Shown: positions 58,146 to 64,000 of the stretch, in pieces | Position numbering within the stretch: the stretch's first letter is position 1 | Layout: each line of letters begins with the position of its first letter | Origin: Ostrea edulis | Lineage: Eukaryota | Direction: 5' to 3' | Length of the DNA stretch: 64,000 bases | Assembly (NCBI RefSeq): GCF_947568905.1 | Contig: NC_079167.1 | Span: forward strand, 56,482,001 to 56,546,000 | Made by a program: the position numbers and the translations under genes | Notes under the pieces: model-generated | Told to the model about the DNA's origin: nothing | The model's input: only the letters and a program-made list of their open reading frames with translations | The model's database searches: none

Positions 58146-60311
58146 AGAAAATAATATATACATATACCTTTGATAGTTCTTCTAAACATTTTGTACAAGT
58201 TTCTTTGCAGAATGTATGTATATATATACTGTGTGTATGTTTAAAAAAAAAAAATATAAAAAAAAAAAAAATTTTTTTAAAAAGGATATCATATAGTTGA
58301 CAGTTTATAAGGATATTTTTAAAAGGATATCATAGTTGACAGTGTAAAGATATTTTAATTAAAAAGGATATCATTGTTGACAGGTTTTGGATATTTTAAA
58401 AAGAATATCATTGTTGACAGTTTATGGAAAAAGCATTGAGCTGAAAATTTTTGCTTTGCATCTAAAATCATAAAGCATTAAGTAGTAGGTCATGTCTTGA
58501 TAATCATAAATTGAAATTGTCTAACAAAAACAAATGGTGGTATGGCTATCCATCAGGTACCATCAGCGTGTGTTGTATGTAGACATTGATATCCACCATG
58601 GCGATGGCGTGGAGGAAGCCTTTTACACCACGGACCGTGTGATGACTGTCTCATTTCACAAATATGGAGAATATTTCCCTGGTACTGGGGATCTCAGGGT
58701 AAGTTCTCCACATAACGTACACAGAATATTATTTCAGTATGTAATTTAAAGCAATCAGAAGGTGGATCTAAACAAAACTCAATACAAAATTAATACATAT
58801 TTCATACAAGAGTGTGAAAAGGATGTCATGAGATATATATCATTTTATGATTTTCGTACAAAATTAGTTTGACAGTACTTGGCACCTGAGATGTTTATTA
58901 TGCTTCTGTAAACCAATCTTTGCTTGGTATTTTTACATTATTAGTAAACCAATCATTGCAGTGTTTTGAGATTGAGGTTACTAAGTTTATAAAATAGATT
59001 TATATCTTAACAATGTCCAGGCTTTGTGAATACATACCTCTCACAGTTGTGAAGATATGCATTTTTTATGGATTTTTTAAAAATGTTTGGTCAGGACATT
59101 GGAGCAGGGAAGGGTAAATACTATGCTGTCAACTTTCCTTTGAGAGATGGAATTGATGATGAGTCATATGAATCAATCTTCAAACCAGTAAGTTATTTAT
59201 AAAATATCAATTTTCAATTGTATTATATCTGAAATGAATCTATATTCACTGAGAGAGATAATATAATTTCTTAAGTTTTAAAAAAAAAAAAAGATAAACT
59301 GTGACTGTCGGATCACATTCTATTGAGCTAAAATAAAAAAAGAAAGAAATCAGCAAAACACCAAATTTAGTTCCCTTGAACTTGGTTGTTGTTTTTTTTG
59401 TTTTTTTTTAAATATATTTTTTTGAGGTTTTGCATTTATACATGTACTAGGTTATGACCAAAGTTATGGAGATGTACCAACCAAGTGCAATAGTTCTACA
59501 GTGTGGGGCTGATTCTCTGTCAGGGGACAGACTGGGCTGTTTCAATCTCACACTTAAAGGCAAGTGTGAGACTATTTTAAATCTTTAATCTTATTTTCAC
59601 TTCTTATCCAAAATACTTACATGCCATCAGTCTTAGCTCAAATGATTCTCTAGCAGTGTAACCTTTCTAAGTGACTGTGCTTTTAGAAAGAAAGTCCAGT
59701 CATGTCTGATCAGCCATGATAAATTAAAATTAAACTATTTGTGTAGATAAGTATATATGCAAATTCACCAAACTTGGTTTAAATACCCTCTAGTGGTTCA
59801 GAAGTATCTTTTCCTTGTATATATGCATGTACATGCAGTAGATGTGTACCCCATAATACTCTTGGGTTTTAAGCTATGTAAGATTGACTTTTAATGAATT
59901 AGATATGAATGTGTTGGATTTAAGTGAGTTTTTGGTTGCAGGACATGGTAAGTGTGTGGAATACATGAAGAAGTGGAACCTGCCTCTGCTGTTACTGGGA
60001 GGGGGAGGGTACACAATCAGAAATGTGGCCAGATGCTGGACCTTCGAAACCTCCATAGCTTTGGGAGTGGAAATTGCTAATGGTATTTTGGATGTATTTC
60101 TTTGTAATACTATACAAGTTTTAACTTCATACTCTCTTATGAGATGGAATTTTTAATACACAGTCAAACCTGTATATAACAGTCACCTGTGGGAACCAGT
60201 CAAAGTGACCTTTGTAGATAGGTGACCTCTTAATAGAAGTTAACTTTGTTCCCAAAAAAATGTGATCTGGTTTTGGTGGTTCTCTGTTTTGCCATGCAAA
60301 AAGCATGGCAA

Positions 60312-60391
<80 letters not shown>

Positions 60392-63300
60392 AATGCATAA
60401 TTACAGAATGCTACATGTACATATATATAAATGAAATTAGGATTTTGGCATTTTAATTATTTAGAGGAAGACAAACTCACATAATTTGAACATTTTAATT
60501 TATTCAGTGGAAGACAAATTTACACATATAATTGATTCACAGCTTGGAAACATTTGTTATTTTTGTTTGAATGGCCATAGATCTTTTAGTAGTCATTGAT
60601 GGATATTTCTTTGATGTTCAACAGATTTGCAAAATGCTCCTACCGCTCTTTCAGACTTCGGCCTTTCCGTCTAACCTTTTCCCCTATTCTATTTGAAATC
60701 ACCACCCTTGCTTTAGTTTGTAAAAATAACTCGTAATGTATTTAGTTCAATAGTGTAATTGCATATCCAACCATTCAAAATAGATGTAATTAGACCAATG
60801 ATTTTCCCTCCATCTCTCCATCCTCACGAATATTTTTTTCATGTAGATACAGTGCATTTGGAAACTATCTAATTGTGCATGCGTAAAAAAACCAAACCTA
60901 GATGTGGGTCATGTGACAAGTCAAAATGGCTGCTAAAGGCAGGGTAAAATGGAGTTTTAATATGAAATATGGTGATTGTTGACCACATGATACAGGTGAC
61001 CGCTATATAGAGCTAGTTACTCTCAGGAGGAAATAAGGACCGCATGGAACAGGTGACTGCTGAATAAAGGTGACTGCTATGGCAAGTTTGACTGTATATA
61101 ACCTTATACCCTTGTAACAAAGGGATACAATGCCTTGCCAGTATATGCTTTTGTTGGTCTGGCCCTTTGCATAAGATTGAATTCACATCTCTCTTCATAT
61201 TTTCATCAAACTTGCAGAAATAGTACCTTGCATAAAGACCTTGTTGGCTAGTACGGAAATTCTTAAATATCTTTCGTACAAGATATAAATCACATGTATC
61301 GTATGTGTAGGAATATACCCTGCTAAAAGACTTTGTTCCCATTTGCTTTAAGAATACATTTGAAAGGTTAGGGTCACTGAAGGAAAGTTTAGAAATTTCT
61401 TGTGGACATGATTAAGATACATGTCTTTTATTTTATATCAGAGATGAAACTTTGCATAAAGGTCTGGGTCACTACTGGTTTTTATCATGGAATGAATCCA
61501 TAACATAAGGATCTGGGTCCTATTTGTTTTGAAGATGAAAGGTCACTGGAATGGATCATTTTATTTAAAATTGTTACGAATTTTGTATTCAATTTTAATG
61601 AAACATGCTATCTTACACAAAAATCTAGGTTCATAGTGGGTTTTTAAGGATTGTGTATAAAAGTTCATGGTCACTGAAATAGGAATTTCTGAAATTTTCT
61701 TTTGTTCTGATTTCAGTAACACTAAAAACAATGTTATCTTACAATAGGCCACATTGCAGGGAAAAGCCCCCTTTGTGGAGCCCTTGTTATATTTTCTTTA
61801 GTAAGATTTGCTATATCAAGTCTCTCCACTATTGAATATTTATCGCTTTACATGTTTCCTTTGTAGAGTTGCCATACAATGACTATTTTGAATATTATGG
61901 ACCTGACTTCAAGTTACACATCAGTCCTTCAAACATGGCTAATCAAAACACTGGGGAATACATGGACAAGATCAAGTAAGTCAACATTTTTACATACATT
62001 TATTGACTGTTAACATACATTTTTTATAGTAAATTAAGTAAAGTTAGGAATAGACAATTGCTTGTTATTCCTCTGTAATTTGTATAAAATAATTGCACAA
62101 TGTTTTTCCCTCCAGGACACGTCTTTTTGAGAATTTAAGAATGCTACCTCATGCACCTGGTGTTCAGATGACAGGTAAACTGATAAACCAATGAGAATGT
62201 AGTTAGATAATTACCAGAATTGGTAGTTATGGATGAATATCAATGTTGAACTGTCATTGGGCTGATCACTGGGTGTTCTTTTAACTTTTTTGACAGCAAT
62301 TCCTGAAGATGCTCTGAATGATGAAAGTGGAGAAGAGGAAGATAAAGAAAATCCAGATGAAAGGATATCAAGTAAGTTTTTCTTTTTCGGTCTTTTTATG
62401 CATCAAAGTGCCATTTTCTTGCAGGTCCTCTTTGTTCCCCTAGTCTTTGCATTAACTTTGTATCTTGACATTTTGAAAGTATGCTGACAGTTTTCATTCG
62501 TGATTTTTTACTTGACATTTTCATGATGACAGAAAAAGGGATACATGTATGTATATCGAAATATATTTTAGTTCGAGCCAGTGACAAGCGTGTGACGGGC
62601 GAGGGGGAATACTCAGATAGCGAGGACGAGGGAGAGAGGAAAGATAGAGCCAACTATAAGCCTAAGGCTAAAAGGATGAAGACTGAGAATGAAGAGAAGA
62701 AAGACACGGCAGAGAAAGGTAGGAGATGTACAGTCTGTACTTCTTTATTTTTCTGGTTTACCACACTGTAGTTTGTGTCAGAATTTAGGAACCTTTCTAA
62801 AATATGATTATTTCATGTTGCAGGAGCAAAGAAAGAAGAAAAAGAAGTTAAGAAGGAAACAGAAAATAGCAAAGAAGAAACCAAAGCCCCAGAAAAAAGG
62901 TAGTTGTTTCAGAAAGAAAATGTACTGAATGCTGCAAAAAATGCTACAATGGGGATGACTCTTATAGTTTTATCTGTCATATACTTTCATCTGATTATAT
63001 ATTTGCCTTTATTTTTCAGTGAGGAAAAATCAGAGACAGTAGAGAAAAAAGGTAAAAATGTTTTGATCATAAATTGGGAACAGAATATGTATATGGCTAC
63101 TTTGCTGATTGCACAAGATAATTTTTCACTTTCTTTCTATGGGGAGTGGATTTTATACTAGTAGTTTTCTGTGAAATTTAACAATGTTTATGACAAACAA
63201 TTGACATGAAAAGAGTCTGTGAAAAAATATTGTTTTTGTCCTATTCCATCGTCACAAGTTTTGTGACCACAGAATCTCTTGCAGTAGCAATTGTAACTTA

Positions 63301-63949
63301 AGCAAGACATTTTGGTCTTTTTAATAGATTTTCTACACTTTAAAATGGGTTTTTTCATCTTGATATATGGGAAAATATGTGAATGCAGTTTCTGCTACAA
63401 TATAAGTAGGATTGAAATTTGATCGAGATATTCAGTACCAAGGGCAAGAAACTTCCCAGTTTTTTGGGAGGATGAAATAAAGTTTTGGGAATTCTAATAC
63501 TTCAACTTGGACTTTGTTATTTATGATGCAGAGGGTGTTTGTAAATGCAGTTTCTGTTACATTTCACATTGGATTAGCTTGGAATTTCACAGAAATGTTT
63601 AAGGGAAGGGGGGGGTGCTAACATTTCACATTGGATTAGCTTGGAATTTCACAGAAATGTTTAAGGGAGGGGGGTGCTAATATAAAATCAACAGATGGGG
63701 AGGAGAAGGCTGATTATATATATATATTTAAATATGAATTTTTTTTCCCCATCGTTTGGGAGAAGTCATACATCTTATAGATATTGGTTTGTATTCAGAA
63801 TTTCATTTTGTAGTTAAAATTCTATTAGAAACTCAGTGGTGTTTTTAAAAATTTCAGAGACGTCACCAGCCAGTATAAAAGAACCAACAGCAGCTGAAAC
63901 GAAAGAATCTAGTGATTCAAATGGTACACCACAGAAAATGGAGCATTGA
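53397..63949 (+). CDS. HDAC1: Class I histone deacetylase (HDAC1/2, Rpd3 type), 522 aa
   Basis: Coding exons 53397-53445, 54180-54292, 56300-56417, 56521-56595, 57103-57241, 58557-58698, 59095-59187, 59451-59559, 59942-60082, 61867-61975, 62116-62174, 62297-62371, 62572-62718, 62824-62899, 63020-63051 and 63858-63949; total 1569 nt with consistent phases. Catalytic motifs [24 protein letters not shown] and GGGGYT are intact; YSDSEDEG is present. Confidence 0.97.
54480..54929. mobile_element. Left-truncated Kolobok-type MITE (family X)
   Basis: Ends AATCGTGTCCATGTCCCT|TTAA and has an internal 34-bp inverted pair at 54564-54597 / 54739-54772. The left boundary is approximate. Confidence 0.5.
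54934..55987. mobile_element. Kolobok-type MITE family A (outer copy) in HDAC1 intron 2
   Basis: TTAA|AGGGACTGGTTCACG ... CGTGAACCAGTTCTT|TTAA, split by an inner family A copy. Confidence 0.85.
55007..55532. mobile_element. Kolobok-type MITE family A (inner, self-nested copy)
   Basis: TTAA (55003-55006)|AGGGACTGGTTCACG ... CGTGAATCAGTCCCT|TTAA (55533-55536). The outer copy resumes TGTTGACA. Confidence 0.9.
57289..58271 (+). mobile_element. 5'-truncated L1/Tx1-type LINE (zf-RVT region, 3' UTR, poly-A) in HDAC1 intron 5
   Basis: Open 237-codon frame with [19 protein letters not shown]...[18 protein letters not shown], a natural stop at 58002, a T-rich 3' UTR with (TC)n, and a poly-A tract at 58243-58271. 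Confidence 0.85.
58272..58425. repeat. About 38-bp minisatellite (AAAAGGATATCATTGTTGACAG...) whose first unit lies before the LINE (57245-57288)
   Basis: Four diverged units after the LINE poly-A and one directly after the exon 5 donor. Confidence 0.8.
60161..61094. mobile_element. Tc1/pogo-type MITE in HDAC1 intron 9, containing a (TA)n(CA)n microsatellite
   Basis: CAGTCAAACCTG ... CAAGTTTGACTG|TA with repeated AGGTGAC subterminal motifs. Microsatellite at 60314-60390. Confidence 0.6.
63559..63680. repeat. 62-bp tandem duplication in the last HDAC1 intron
   Basis: ACATTTCACATTGGATTAGCTTGGAATTTCACAGAAATGTTTAAGGGA(G)nTGCTA occurs twice, at 63559 and 63621. Confidence 0.9.
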
Positions 63950-64000
63950 ATTACAGAAAATAATGACTAATGACGTCATTGGTGAAATGAAATTCTTGAC

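Noticed and set aside
62590-62630. HDAC1 lacks the vertebrate IACEE (Rb-binding-like) motif, having VTGEG instead
   Set aside because: To my recollection invertebrate Rpd3 proteins such as Drosophila also lack it, so it is not unusual.

Overview
Eukaryotic, AT-rich, intron-containing genomic DNA, most likely an oyster-type bivalve. This is inferred from 166-bp Cg170/HindIII-like satellite units carried in Helentron-associated (HINE/pearl-type) elements and from mollusc-type tRNA SINEs. I rebuilt six spliced protein-coding genes by hand with consistent exon phases: TMEM69 (+), an SCP2-type peroxisomal thiolase with no SCP2 domain ending in AKL (-), HSDL2 ending in SKL (+), PIGW (-), REX1BD/C19orf60 (+) and HDAC1 (+, 16 coding exons, one GC-AG intron). 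Two weaker candidate small genes lie in the first 6 kb. The rest is dense, often nested mobile DNA: miniature LTR retrotransposons whose LTRs each contain a tRNA-like cloverleaf (Helenus-type TRIMs), stacked TTAA-targeting Kolobok-type MITEs, TA-targeting Tc1/pogo-type MITEs, HINEs with four different satellite cores, SINEs, LINE fragments and a Penelope-like end with a minimal hammerhead motif. The most interesting signals are the tRNA-LTR TRIM system, the head-to-head peroxisomal thiolase/HSDL2 pair and the 73-bp gap between the PIGW and REX1BD start codons. There is no CRISPR array, rRNA or canonical tRNA gene. All family assignments come from motif recognition without database searches.
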